Notes: generated by a model from the letters alone, not told the origin. DNA of 59,814 bases from Octopus bimaculoides (GCF_001194135.2 NC_068981.1:52214978-52274791); one strand, 5' to 3'; positions 36,537-50,254 are shown, counted from the first letter of the stretch. Numbers and translations are program-made.

Positions 36537-37979
36537 AGGTTAAGAGGGGAAAATGGAGAGAGAATGAAAAAAGCAGAGAGAGAGAAATGTACAGAGTTCA
36601 ACGGTCCAACATGGCGAGATGACTGGAAAAAAGAGGCTGAGGGAGATGATAATGATAAAAAATAACGGTAACGGTGACCCCCAACGAACTAAGGTGTGTG
36701 TATGTAAGAATGGTGAGTGTGAAAGTGTGTATGTGTGAATGGGGGCGAGTGCGTGTGTGTGCGTGCGTACATATGGACGTATGTATATTTGTGAGTATGC
36801 GTATGTTCGTGTGTGTACGTGTGGGGGGGAGAGTGCATGGTGGTGTATGATGTGTGTACTGAGTTAAACACTGTGTGTGGCTGCTCGTATAGTGGTATGT
36901 GTGATGATACTGTTGAATATATATATATATATATATANNNNNNNNNNNNNNNNNNNNNNNNNNNNNNNNNNNNNNNNNNNNNNNNNNNNNNNNNNNNNNN
37001 NNNNNNNNNNNNNNNNNNNNNNNNNNNNNNNNNNNNNNNNNNNNNNNNNNNNNNNNNNNNNNNNNNNNNNNNNNNNNNNNNNNNNNNNNNNNNNNNNNNN
37101 NNNNNNNNNNNNNNNNNNNNNNNNNNNNNNNNNNNNNNNNNNNNNNNNNNNNNNNNNNNNNNNNNNNNNNNNNNNNNNNNNNNNNNNNNNNNNNNNNNNN
37201 NNNNNNNNNNNNNNNNNNNNNNNNNNNNNNNNNNNNNNNNNNNNNNNNNNNNNNNNNNNNNNNNNNNNNNNNNNNNNNNNNNNNNNNNNNNNNNNNNNNN
37301 NNNNNNNNNNNNNNNNNNNNNNNNNNNNNNNNNNNNNNNNNNNNNNNNNNNNNNNNNNNNNNNNNNNNNNNNNNNNNNNNNNNNNNNNNNNNNNNNNNNN
37401 NNNNNNNNNNNNNNNNNNNNNNNNNNNNNNNNNNNNNNNNNNNNNNNNNNNNNNNNNNNNNNNNNNNNNNNNNNNNNNNNNNNNNNGTTGCAAATCCGTG
37501 GTAGGACTCCAGTCAAACTAGTTTTTACACAGAGTGATTTATAAGACAAGGTATAAATAATAGTCATTACATATTTTTCATTTATTAGAATAAATTTGGC
37601 TTACACCTGTTTCCAGTACTCATTATAGGAAACAGTTGTAAGCCAAATTTACTCTAATCAAAAAATGACCATTATTTATACTTGTCTTATGTGTATGTAT
37701 ATATATATATATATATATACACACATGAATATTTTGACTTTGACTTTCATTTTCCATGTTCCATATTTACTATATTTTTACTAGTTTCATTCCATAGACT
37801 GCAGTTGTACTGGAACACCACCTCGAAGGGTGTAGTCCTTCATATGGCACTCACCGTTTCTTCCACGCTGGTACCTTTTGTCTCCAGCTGTCGGACCTCT
37901 AAGTTACGAGGCATTAAAGAGACTCAACGCAAATACAGACACCCACATTTATATACAAACATACATACACATAAATGTA

Positions 37980-38032
<53 letters not shown>

Positions 38033-38049
38033 NNNNNNNNNNGAATGTA

Positions 38050-38084
<35 letters not shown>

Positions 38085-39599
38085 TACGAAACCTGAAACC
38101 AGAAGTACATATATAACTAAATACTGTGAGGCATTAAGCCCGACACCATCCCTTCCGAATACATTTATATTGATTTCAAACGTTTCCAACGATATTATTG
38201 ATGTATAACGTTATGATAATATTACTATTGATTTCTGGCATTACCACAAGGTCACACACTTATATTGGAGGGATATAGTCGATTGAATCGACCCAATAAA
38301 AACCTCGCTCTTGTTTTATCGGCAATGAGTGAAAAATAATCGAAGTTAACTAACATGGTTTCAACTCAGACCATAGAAAAACAAAAGTAAATATCTCAGA
38401 ATATTTAGTTTAGTGCCAACCATTTTGACATTCTTTCAACCTCATTATAATGATACCAGAAATTTGTAGAGTGAAGGTATAGTTACTTATATCAATCCCC
38501 ATACTTGACTGGTGCTATAATTCATCGGTCCCAGTCAACTTCGATAGGATTTGAAACTTGTACATTTATGTACATAATTAAATACTGGATGACATTTTGT
38601 CCGGTGTTCTTCTGATACTGCCTAAACACTACGCTCCTTGATAATAAAGTTTTGTAAATAGGCACAAGGCCAAAACTGGTGGAGAAAGAACCGTAGTAAA
38701 TTAAGTCTACCCCAGTATATGTACTTATTTTCACTCCTCTGAAATTATGAAAGGCAAAGTTGACCACTGATAGCAAAGTAGATTGCAAGTAAATAAGAGT
38801 CTTATTGTATGCAATGAGTATTGTTGCCTCATTTGTGTCTTCTTGCACTATTCCACAACGATTCAACATGCTTTCATCACTCTGAATACTTTATGATATC
38901 GAACTGTTACTCTAGTGTCGACTATTTACTTAATTACCATTATTGAATACTTTCTCGTTCCTTTATAATTTCATCTTCAACGAAAACACATTCACTTTTC
39001 TTCGAAGGAAAAGCTTTTTTTATCTTCACACTTGACAAGGTAAACACTTTCACTTTTAAAGGGCAGCATACAGTAAGACAGCAGAGTATACCAGTATCTT
39101 AATATCTTTTATTTTTCATTATCTTTTCACACTTCTGCAAATTTTTTGGACTACAAATTTTATTCTCATTTTACATTTTCCTTTTACACTCTTGAAAATT
39201 TTTTACACTACAAAAACTTTCACTGTGGAACGAACTCGAGAACTCCAAGTAACAATAAAAAGAATGAGAAGGTAAGAGGCAAATGTGATAGAAAAACAAC
39301 GATAGGAAAGAAGAGAAAGTTGTTTTTTTTTAAGAGAAAAGACAACGAATAAGAAGATACCTACAGTATCAAAAAGAAAGTCAACAGCGAGCTGAGTATC
39401 AGAGAGACAGACAGACAGGTAGGCAAGCAGGCAAGCAGACAAACAGACAGAGAAGTACGACAAAATAATATGAAGAACAGTGGGCAAAATATCAGCAAGA
39501 AATTCGAGAAAGGAATTGATTACTACAAGAAAAAAATTAACGATGATAGTCGCTTCTTCTTTTTTTTTTCTTCTTTTTTAGAAATATTCAAACAAGATT

Positions 39600-40355
39600 G
39601 TGTCAGAGACAATTCGGTATTCCTATGAAATGAATATCAGAATGAACAAATTGCTTTTGGATCACCACATTGGAGAGCTAGAAAGATTTTGTCTTTATAA
39701 TGGTGCTTTAAGATTCAGAAATAAACCTTTAAACTATTGGCACAACAGTAAAATGTGATTCCTTCTCTGCAACATATTACTCAAGCTATTCTTTCATGCG
39801 TATAACGATGAAATTAATAATTTCAGCAAAAATATGACATTATGATTGTACAGTTTTCTTTGCTTCATTTGATGCAAAAATTACTACACTTGAAGGAAAT
39901 GGATATTATTGTTTTAGAATTCAAGGAAAGATATGCCATTCAACTTCTACTCTATAGAATGATCTTTACATTATAGATGCTAATGAAGCTTTACAATACC
40001 AGATAAGAACAGCTCAAAATTTAGAATATTGCCTAATGTGGTGTATACAAGAAATTATGATTTTCACAATCCATTCGTTAAACAATGCAAAAATATGTGT
40101 TTGGTTGAGTAGTAGGATCAGGCATGTGCGCTGAGTAATTATACAGTTCTCCACAAATATGAGCTGCATTTCAGATGAGGTCCTGATATTAGGCAGTACA
40201 AGTTTCCTATATGAAGTCATCGCTCTATTTACTCGAGAAAATAAGGTTATTTCAGAAAACAGGAATACCATAACTTGTCCAAGAAATGCATCACCGATAG
40301 GATTTCATATTTTTCTTGCTACCTTGACCCTATTGTGTTACCCTCTTTATTGAAA
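39600..40355 (+). mobile_element. Degenerate Helitron RepHel N-terminal region (pseudogenised)
   Basis: Fragments: CLYNGALRFRNKPFK (from 39690); FASFDAKITTLEGNGYYCFRIQGKICHSTSTL (39859-39954); LYIIDANEALQY; NPFVKQCKNM; YEVIALF...CYPL. These follow the collinear Helitron pattern FAF.S.G...G.GPY.FRIHGQIYH...QLYI.D...NP...Y..EVA.IF..DPM.YPL. Confidence 0.75.
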
Positions 40356-40470
40356 GAATGTTATGAAGAAACACTAATTTGAACATCAGACTAAAGCAAT
40401 AAAATTTTTAAAATATGGAGTTTTACATGGGTCCTGCTAGCAACTACAACAACAGTTCTAATGATAAAAA

Positions 40471-41063
40471 TTATTTCAGCTATAGATATAAGGCCAGCAA
40501 TGTTAGAGGGGGGATAGTTGATTACATCGACCCCAGTGCTCAACTGGTACTTGTGTTATCGACCCCAAAAGGATGAAAAGCAGTTCGCCGAAATTTAACC
40601 TCAGAACGTAAAAAGCCACAAAAATTACCGCTAAGCATTTTCTCCCACGCGCTAATGATTTTGCTATATCGCCGCCCTTCTAATACTAACAATAATCCTT
40701 TCTACTATAAGCACAGGGGCCGAAATTTTAGCGGGGAGGGGCAAGTCAATTTCATCGACCTTAGTGCTTAACCGGTATTTATTTTATCGACACCGAGAGG
40801 ATGAAAGGCAAAATCGACCTCAGCGGACGAAATGCTGCTAAACGTTTTGTCCGACGTGCTAGCGATTCTGTCAACACGCCGCTTTACGAATAATAATAAT
40901 AATAATAATCTTTTCTACTAAAGGCTTGAAATTTGTGGGGAGGGGACTAATCGATTACATCGATCCCAGTGTTTCACCGGTACTTAATTTATCGACTCCG
41001 ATAGGATAAAAGGTAAAGCTGACCTCGGCGGAAATTGAACTTAGAACATAAAGATGGACGAAA
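40471..41063 (-). mobile_element. Three head-to-tail SINE family B copies (about 40471-40680, 40695-40886, 40908-41063)
   Basis: Three successive catcgaccc...ggtac...ggatgaaaggc...cggacgaaa units separated by AAT-rich spacers. Confidence 0.8.
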
Positions 41064-41369
41064 CGTATGGCAGTAAGGAATAGCTACAGCTGTACTCTAA
41101 TATCATAAAAGACAACAGAAAAATAAAAACATTTGACAGTTTGCCTACTCTTTGATACTGGATACACTCCACAGAAATACATCTTACAACTGGGAAAATA
41201 CAACAACCAAATCATGTAACAAATAGAAAGCGACCATATCACGCTACAGTAAAGAAGGATAGTTTAAGCTATCCTTAAGTCTTATAAGAAGAGAAATCTT
41301 CCAGAAAGATTGATTATTCTCTATACTCGTTTTCTTAACCCCGACCTCATTAACGAATCCATATGTTAA

Positions 41370-42400
41370 CTGAAGCCATCAATGATTACAAATGCAACGA
41401 ATAAATTATAAACCTTCAATCCTGTACAAATTTAAGATATTTACCAAGAACAATACCCAGTTGGAAAACATTAAATGTGTTTATAAATTTAGTCAAGATA
41501 CAAAAGGAATATAGGATTAGTTGTATGCGCCAAAGCTACTATAAGATTAGGCAAATTAACTGAAATTAAGAATAATCAACTAGATACAAACACCAAAATC
41601 AGAGAATTATAGCAAAACTAACCATACAAATACTGAAAAGTAGGTGAATCTAAGAAGAAACAATACAGAGAAATGAAGGAGGGGATTAGAAAAACAATAC
41701 AATAGCAGGCTTAACTTAATAATAAAATCTAAACTCAGTGCTACAAATGAAATAATAGGTATAAATATATTATCTATCTCAATTATAAACTATAGCTTCG
41801 TAATGATAAACTGGAAATTGAATGAATTGAAAAGCTTAGAAAAAAATCTGACAGTATTCCGAAACCACCACACCTGAGCTAATTTCTATATAATATTACT
41901 TACCTAACACGCAACATAATGGTGTCAGATACAAGGAAAATTACTACAATATAGCAGTTATGGGATAAAAAAATACTTAGAAACATGTAAATGGAAACTG
42001 ATAAAAGTAATGAGACATGAAGAAAGCAAAAAGAATCCCTTCTCCCTTGCTCTTTCTCTCTCTCGCTTGCTCTCGCTCCCTATCTATCTCTCCCTAATAT
42101 GTGTGTGTAAGGGGAAACAATGCAGAAGCTAACTACTATGAATGAAATGGTTTAGTTAATTGAATACAAAGATTCAAATAACGACAAAACAAAGGAAAAT
42201 GTTACAACAATCCAAAGACAAATTCAAAATAGAATTCTGGAATATTCTGAAGGAAAATTGACAAAAAAAACACTTTGTGAGTGATACCTCGCAAGACTCA
42301 ATAGAGGTTAAGTAAACCGGGTTAAAAATTCAACTATTGCCTAAGGATTTTGAAATTGAAGTTTTCATGACAAGGATCGTGAAATTAAAATAATCTATGT
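41370..42400 (+). mobile_element. Ancient R4/Dong-like LINE RT/thumb relic, copy 1
   Basis: Fragments across stops and frameshifts: FSQDT; CAKATIRLGKL; TKIREL..PYKY; QYNSRLNLIIKSKL...INYSF..INWKLNELK; LTVFRNHH. Confidence 0.7.
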
Positions 42401-42508
42401 TTGAGGCAACAAGCATAGCGTGTCAGAATGGAAAGCATCCTTATCTCTCACAAGCAAAGAGGAATCTTCTAGAGATTAATTATTCTCTACACTCTTGTTC
42501 TTTGCTCT

Positions 42509-42572
<64 letters not shown>

Positions 42573-42644
42573 CCAATATTTAGCAAAAGCAACTGAGTGA
42601 CTCAAGGGCCGAGAATTCCGTGCGTTGCCACTTATCAAACAAGT

Positions 42645-42687
<43 letters not shown>

Positions 42688-42700
42688 ACATGTGTGTGTG

Positions 42701-42850
42701 TACGACAGACTTCTTTCAGTTTTTGTCGACCAAATCCACTCACAAGGCTTTGGTTGGTCCGAGGCTACAGTAGAAGACGTTGCCTAAGGTGCCGCGCAGC
42801 AGGACTGAACCTATATAGTTGGGAAGCAAGCATCTTACCACACAGCCACA
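42701..42850 (-). mobile_element. SINE family A, 5' half
   Basis: gacttctttcagtttttgtcgaccaaatccactcacaaggctttgg...catcttaccacacagccac is the reverse complement of the family A head. Confidence 0.8.
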
Positions 42851-42869
42851 TATATATATATATATCGAA

Positions 42870-43509
42870 TAAAGCCACCAACGTTTATAGTTGTTAGAAA
42901 CAAATTATAAATCATCACCTCTATATTTGTGGATTTAAAATATTTACAAACGCCTACACCCAGTTGGAAAACCTACCAAAAATACTATATAGATTCAGTC
43001 AAGATATAAGATTATGGGATTAGACAAATCTAGGAATTATCAGTTAGATTTAAATACCAAAGTCAGAGAATTATAGTAGAAGTTCCTATCAATGTATTCA
43101 AGATTAGATGAAACAGAATTAAAAAAAAAAACAGCAGGAAATTAAAAAACAATACTGCAAAAGAGCCAAATTTATATTAAAAACTGAAATCAGTGATAAG
43201 ATAATAGGTATGAATAAACTATTCATCTCAGATGTAAACTAGGGCTTAGCAATCATACAATAGAAATTGAATGAATTGAAAATCTTTGACAGAAAAACCC
43301 AAAAAGTACTGACAGCGTTCCGAAGTCACCCATCTCGAGCTAATATCAACTGCTTATATTTATCTAACACATACTGAAAGGGGGTTTGGTACAAACAGAG
43401 AACTACTACAAAATCACACCAGTAGGACAAAAAATACCTAGAAACATGTGAAAAGAAACTGATAGGAGCAATGATGAAACATGAAGAAAAACATTTCCTT
43501 CTCTCTTTC

Positions 43510-43540
<31 letters not shown>

Positions 43541-44080
43541 TGTAAAGGTACGTGGTAAAGATATTGCGATTGCTAGACCGGCGATGCGTTGTGTTCTTGA
43601 GCAAGACATCATTTCACTTTGCTCCAGTCCACTAAGCTGTAAATGGGTAACTCTGCAACAAACCGGTATTCCATTCAGGGGGAATGTTGGCCTGCTCGCC
43701 TAACCAGTTGGCCTGCTCGCCTAACCAGCGGTGTATAACAACATCCGATTGTCCAGCCGATGCAGTGAAACATATACACACGCACACATAAACACACAAG
43801 AAAACAAAATGTAAACCGACTGCACTGAGCATAAAGATTTAGATGAAGACAAAACAGCAGAAAGGTTTTCTTAAAAAAAAAAAAAAACGGAAGAAAAAAT
43901 CAAAACGGAATCCGAAATATTCTGTAGAAAATTTAATAGAAAAACATTCCATTACTGATACCATGCAAGACTCGATAAAGCGTATGAAAACCAGAGTGAA
44001 ATTCAACAATGGCTTAAGGATCTTTAAATTAAAATTTAATTACAAGGATCTTGAAATTAATGTAATTAGCATGTGGAGTA
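42870..44080 (+). mobile_element. Ancient R4/Dong-like LINE RT/thumb relic, copy 2, interrupted by a microsatellite and a SINE
   Basis: Fragments: INHHLYICGFKIF..TQLENL..RFSQDI; KQYCKRAKFILKTE; LNELKIFDRKTQKVLTAFRSH; YHARLDKA; IQQWL. Collinear with copy 1. Confidence 0.7.
43544..43775 (+). mobile_element. SINE family D (central domain resembling Meta/V-type SINE domains), with a 21-bp internal tandem duplication
   Basis: tgtgttcttgagcaagacatcatttcactttgctccagtccactaagctg is homologous to 58757-59050. gttggcctgctcgcctaacca is duplicated at 43686-43727. The domain name is from memory and tentative. Confidence 0.6.
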
Positions 44081-44448
44081 ACACAGACTCTACAGAATCA
44101 CTACAAAACTATATAACATGGAATACAGTCTGCCCAATTACCGTCTAATAAATTAATACCTCACATGCGCTTACGTAATCGATATCCAACACTATAACAC
44201 CAAAACTCACACAACTCACATTCTACACAGATACCACGCATAAATGTAACATAGCCTGCACGGCACATACTCTATATAACCACCATCTGACGCTAAAACT
44301 CAAAATTCCCCTGAAACAGCTCATGCGAAACACAAACACTATTCAACAAAATAACACTGTTTACATTTTACTTTTTTACACAACAAACGAAGCACTAAAA
44401 CACCAGAAACAGCAAAACAAATTTCCTAGTAGAGCAAATAAATCCATT

Positions 44449-45264
44449 TAGTGTACAAATTAAACGTCACAATAAAGTGAGCATTTCAACAGATCCAGAT
44501 TTATACTAAAGAAAAAGTATAATTCTGCAGCAAAAACAGACCTCAGGGACACTGCGGAGTTTTTCATAGTGCAGTAGATGTTTTGGAAACATGATGGTAA
44601 TAAAAATAGTGATCTAATTTAAGACATGAAGCCAACGGTTTTTTTTTCTTTTAGTGGAGAGACCTGTCGATCCGACTGACCCTAGAACTTGACTGGTATT
44701 TTATTAGCTCCAAAAGGTGAACGGCAAAGATGATTTGAATCCAGAGCGTAAAGAGTTGGAAGAAATACCACAAGGAATTTTTCTAACACTCTAAAGATTC
44801 TGCCAATCTACAAACCTAATGGGAATGTAAAAATAGTGATTTCTTCTATTTGACACAAAAGCGACTGAGCAAAAACTTTATGAGAACAAATAATGAAAAT
44901 GACGGGTGTTCATACGAAGTCTATTGTGAACAAACAGGCATAGAAAACAATAGTATGCGAAAAACATAAAATGAAACGTCCCAACAGAGGAACAGCCAGA
45001 TCGATCCAATCAAGCTTCCCCCCAGATCCAGGTTTCATGTCTTAAATTAGAAACATTTTTTGTGACCACTATTTTTATTACCATCATGTTTCCAAAACAT
45101 CTATGTGAGTAGCCTCTGCACTATGAAAAACTCCGCAGTGTCCCTGAGGTCTGTTTTTGCTGTAGAATTATACTTTTTCTTTAGTATAAATTTGGATCTG
45201 TTGAGATGCTCGATTACCTCCATATGGCCATCTCACTCTATTGCGACGTTTGATTTGTACACTG
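44449..45264. repeat. Long imperfect inverted repeat (arms about 44449-44630 and 45034-45264, ~400-bp spacer)
   Basis: For example cagcaaaaacagacctcagggacactgcggagtttttcatagtgcag versus ctgcactatgaaaaactccgcagtgtccctgaggtctgtttttgctg. The right arm has three small insertions. Confidence 0.85.
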
Positions 45265-45279
45265 AGTTTATTTGCTTCC

Positions 45280-46660
45280 TTCCATCTTCTTTCTCCAACC
45301 GACAAATGCATGCTAACAGTAAACCCATTCGCATGGCTTTATTCTTGCCACTCTCACCCAACGTTTTGTAAATTCGTTGGAAAATGCAAACCGACTGCGC
45401 TGCATTTCTCCATTCACCCTCACCCTCCCCTCTAAGTATAACTCGAAGCTGTCGCCGAAGGCTCGGCCAGAGGAAAGTGTTTGCTTTCAGCCCTTTCCAT
45501 TTTCTTTTCCATGGCTGGCAATCAGAGGAAAATTGTTTGCATTTCCCGACCAAAGGAAGGGGATGATCAACTGATAGCCGGATACATCCTACACGGAATC
45601 ACACCTTTTCAGCATAATAGCCTTACAACGGAGCAATGCCCAGACATTGGATGAATGCATATAGAAAGTTTTCGTTACTTTGCGCCATCTCAGACTGGCT
45701 CGTTTAACAGTGTATTTGGTATCACTCAGGGACTTTCTAGAATTTGTCCATAGTCCAAGAGCTAATAGTCATTTGGAACGAGTTGTTCATTTGATCCTTG
45801 TCGACGCACAGCGAGCTCCCGTGAACATTACCCTAATCTAGAATATTACTAACTCTGTTGCCCGACTTGTAAATAACTGCGCACGCCTGACAACATTTCA
45901 AGTGCTGGGCACTCAATTTTTGTCTTCGATTAACCTAGAATGGCATTTCCGTCAAAGAGATGAACAGCTAAAAAACGTGAATCACAAAGGGGGACTACAA
46001 ATTTTCACCGTCCAGTGGTATCTATAGATAATGTAGTTTCACTGCATACCTGCTCATTATCAACCATGCCCTGCCGAGCTCTCCGCACTGGAGATAATTT
46101 CTGAACCCAGTGGAACACACCCATTCTACAACAAGAGTAGACGCTGCAGATGAGTCTAATAAAAAAGAGAACTGGCGGAAATCACGACCTTGAGGTAATA
46201 AAAAATATGTAAGCGGTCACCACTTCTGGCCGACCTTTCAGGGATAACTTTCTCCCAGACCCTTTCTGACCAAACTGCTCATAATCACGTCCCCATGTAA
46301 TAGTCTGGCCCTACTAGAGCCCAAATATCGTAACAGAGCCTTCAGCCCAACGACCCACGAATTTGGCCAGCATGGACTTAGCTTTCCAGGTGCTCGGCTG
46401 CAAGCAATCTATCTGATGTGGCCAGGTTTCAGAGTTCTCCATTACATTAATGCGATAGAAACCGCATCGATTTTCATGGTAGACCACAACATTATAGTGA
46501 CGTTTTGTGTGTATCCTGAGAGTCCCTTCCGCATCCCATATAAATCAGTGGCCTAGAGAATAGTTTATTACCTCACCTCTCTCTTCCATATATCATATAA
46601 AGCGTAGATCTGCCAGGAACTGCGCAAGTCAACACACTCCAGGGTTCTCTTTCGACACAC
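45280..46660 (-). mobile_element. Highly degenerate Tx1/L1-clade LINE 3' portion
   Basis: GC-richer segment. Minus-strand fragments in order: TMDKF (about 45750), FLYAFIQCLGIAPL (45626-45668), NEFTKRWVRVAR (45343-45378). They resemble ORF2 C-terminal motifs of the same LINE group as 4673-5903. The upstream limit is uncertain. Confidence 0.5.
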
Positions 46661-48239
46661 AGTGAAATAGAATGTCAATTCAGTCATCAAACGAATTTTT
46701 AATTTTAATATTCTATTTTAATATTGAGTTCAGAACGAGAGATGGTAGATTCAGTATAAGCAGTACTTAGTTATGTCCCTTTATGTTCAAGCAGCCAAAT
46801 GCTGTTATCAACTTTCTTTGTTATCCTTCCGAATTCAATAAAATAGGTAATCAATCACGTATTGGTATCTATTGAATCGATTATATCTTTTCCCAAAATA
46901 TAAGCCCTTATATCAATATTAGAATTTAATATATTTTAACATTCTAATTTATGATCGAAAGAAAGCAGAACAGAATTGGTTGATGTGGTACATGGCTTTA
47001 TCCCTACACGTTCTAAGTTTAAATCTCGCCAATGTAAATGATGCCTTTTATCCTTTCACAGTCGATAAAATAAGTACCACACAAATACTAACGTCGATAT
47101 AACGATCTCTATCTTTCTTGCAAAATAAGTGGCATTTTGATATTGTAAATCAGAACAAGAAATTTGAGCTAATAAGATTTATGTCCCTTGCAAACGAAAA
47201 TCATCGAGTCGAGAAGACAAATGATAATTTGAGTTGGCGTAAAGATACTTCTTATAATTCGTAAATAATAAATATATATTCGATTATCGTTAAGGAGATA
47301 TCATTTTTGCTAGTTCGGTCAGCATTTCTCCAAAATCTTTTCTCACGGTACACGAATTTATCTTAGTTTACGAATATTGTTATTTTACTTCAAGAGTTAT
47401 TTCCCTTTCTATTCTCTTTCCCACTTTCTTTCTTTGTGTGTACTGGGGGGGATGTTGCGTGTACGCATTTGTGCGTGCGTGCATGCGTGTGTATATAAAA
47501 AAGTATTTCAGAAAGGCAGTTAATTAGCAGTGTCGTTATTGCATAGGAAAGAATACCTTGGCACCATTGTTAATGCATTAGAATAGCACCGGGTTGATAA
47601 AGTATCAGTGCAATTAGATATTTCTCTCTCTCTGGAATTTACTTGTAATTAAAAGGTCCAATTTTGTCGCGCTGATTTCGCCTAAGGACTGCATCAAGGG
47701 TTTACGCGTCGTTAGAATACTCAGCTGCATTCATGCAAACATCACGAGTATCGGACACATAGAGATTCTACCACTCATGTAGCAGAGATGGGTTTCTGCA
47801 TAGAATGAGTTTGTGCAAGCAAACATAAAAAAGGTGCATGTGGGTGTGATTGTATAACAGAGAGAGAGGAAGAGCATAAAAGTGCAGTGATATAGAGAAG
47901 TCTCAAATTACAGAAGGCCGGAAAAACACGTAATAATCTAATCTTCATCTCCATCCCAACCTTCAAGCGAACAAAAGACAGATGTCCCGCAGTTTCCTGT
48001 CTTGCTACAAACCAAGTTTTGTTGTCACTGAAAATATTACTACTATTATTGTTATAATACTAGTGGTACATAGACACCACACGTACATTGTGTATGTATG
48101 TATGTATGTATGTATGTATGTATGTATGTGGTGGTCAGTTCGATTTTCAGCATAATCAATTTCTCATTGCAGACATATACCTATAACAGGTATTACTACC
48201 GTGACCACTCAGCATTACTACCGTGACCACTCAGATAAA

Positions 48240-49134
48240 TACTTAGCCATCGCTTTGTTTTAAACTTCGGACATATTTACCACATAATTTACTGAAAAAC
48301 ACAACGACAGGTCCGCCCTTGAGCATTTGTATAAAATGGATTTTCAGCCCATCAGAATATGGAACACACCTTTGGACATAAAGGAGTGTTCCGCTGTTGC
48401 CGTTGAAACTGTATGCCAATTGCAACCTCGTGTTGGTCACTCGATATGTGTCCTTTTATGGATGACAAGTCCTGCTTGTGAAAGTATTATGCGACCACTG
48501 CACATGTGAGATTATCTAGTGACTTTCAATCGTACAAAATGGCCAGTAGACCTTGCAGTCTACTGGCAATATGTTTCACTTTTTAATAAGTAATTCGAAT
48601 TTTCTTAAATTTCTTCATTGTAAACCACCATTTGCTTCCGTTCAGTGCAAGATGTTCCCAATGAATAGTGCTGATGTTCAAGAATTTAAGTTTGTTTTTT
48701 GCGATATGATGAAATCTCTTTTTCAGTTTGCATTGGTGATGCTTTCTTAAAGCTAATTCTCCATAAATTAATTGCGTTTGAAGCCTGGAATCTTCAAAAC
48801 GGGTGATATGACCAATTCGTCGTATTTTGTACTTGACGAGGCGAGCTACCATATTGAGAACTCACGCTTTTTTTTTTTTTTTTTTTTTTTTAGAACTTCT
48901 ATATCAGGTGTAAAAGCTTACCCCCACAAATATTTCTTGTGAAATAACTCGAGTACTTTGATGTGTCATCGATATGGGATCCATGTCTCAGATGAGTAGA
49001 ATAGGGACGTGATGGAAGTATCATCTATGCAAAGCTTGGTGGACAGCTTCAAGTCTGTTTGACCAGACTTATTTCTCAAGTGTTCCAAACACAAATGAAC
49101 CATTCTCAACCCTTAAATTAAAATCGGAATCTTT
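48240..49134 (-). mobile_element. RTE-clade LINE 3' relic (RT thumb to C-terminal C2H2-like motif)
   Basis: Fragments: DSDFNLRVENGSFVFGTLEK; TSLFYSSETWIPYR.HIKVLELFH; RIGHITRFEDSRLQTQLIYGEL; WEHLALNGSKW; CSGRIILSQAGLVIHKRTH*. Confidence 0.85.
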
Positions 49135-50254
49135 NNNNNNNNNNNNNNNNNNNNNNNNNNNNNNNNNNNNNNNNNNNNNNNNNNNNNNNNNNNNNNNNNN
49201 NNNNNNNNNNNNNNNNNNNNNNNNNNNNNNNNNNNNNNNNNNNNNNNNNNNNNNNNNNNNNNNNNNNNNNNNNNNNNNNNNNNNNNNNNNNNNNNNNNNN
49301 NNNNNNNNNNNNNNNNNNNNNNNNNNNNNNNNNNNNNNNNNNNNNNNNNNNNNNNNNNNNNNNNNNNNNNNNNNNNNNNNNNNNNNNNNNNNNNNNNNNN
49401 NNNNNNNNNNNNNNNNNNNNNNNNNNNNNNNNNNNNNNNNNNNNNNNNNNNNNNNNNNNNNNNNNNNNNNNNNNNNNNNNNNNNNNNNNNNNNNNNNNNN
49501 NNNNNNNNNNNNNNNNNNNNNNNNNNNNNNNNNNNNNNNNNNNNNNNNNNNNNNNNNNNNNNNNNNNNNNNNNNNNNNNNNNNNNNNNNNNNNNNNNNNN
49601 NNNNNNNNNNNNNNNNNNNNNNNNNNNNNNNNNNNNNNNNNNNNNNNNNNNNNNNNNNNNNNNNNNNNNNNNNNNNNNNNNNNNNNNNNNNNNNNNNNNN
49701 NNNNNNNNNNNNNNNNNNNNNNNNNNNNNNNNNNNNNNNNNNNNNNNNNNNNNNNNNNNNNNNNNNNNNNNNNNNNNNNNNNNNNNNNNNNNNNNNNNNN
49801 NNNNNNNNNNNNNNNNNNNNNNNNNNNNNNNNNNNNNNNNNNNNNNNNNNNNNNNNNNNNNNNNNNNNNNNNNNNNNNNNNNNNNNNNNNNNNNNNNNNN
49901 NNNNNNNNNNNNNNNNNNNNNNNNNNNNNNNNNNNNNNNNNNNNNNNNNNNNNNNNNNNNNNNNNNNNNNNNNNNACACACACATTTATTTGGAAATGGA
50001 GGCGTGGTGTTCAATTAAATAATAATACAAATAATATATATGCATATATATGCATATATATATTAATTCATAAAAGAATATAGGGATAAAAATCACGTTA
50101 ATGATTTTTATTTATCATGTAGTAGCATACTATAAAAATTTATGGGCAATTAATACATTAAATTAATAATAATGTACATATGTATATAATCATATCAATG
50201 GATATCGCGCGAAAACGACCTCTCTCCAGCATGCTTGAAGTGCCGATACCTTCG

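Noticed and set aside
48868-48891. Poly-T run as the tail of a processed pseudogene
   Set aside because: It lies inside the collinear RTE relic, so it is an expanded A-run on the element strand.
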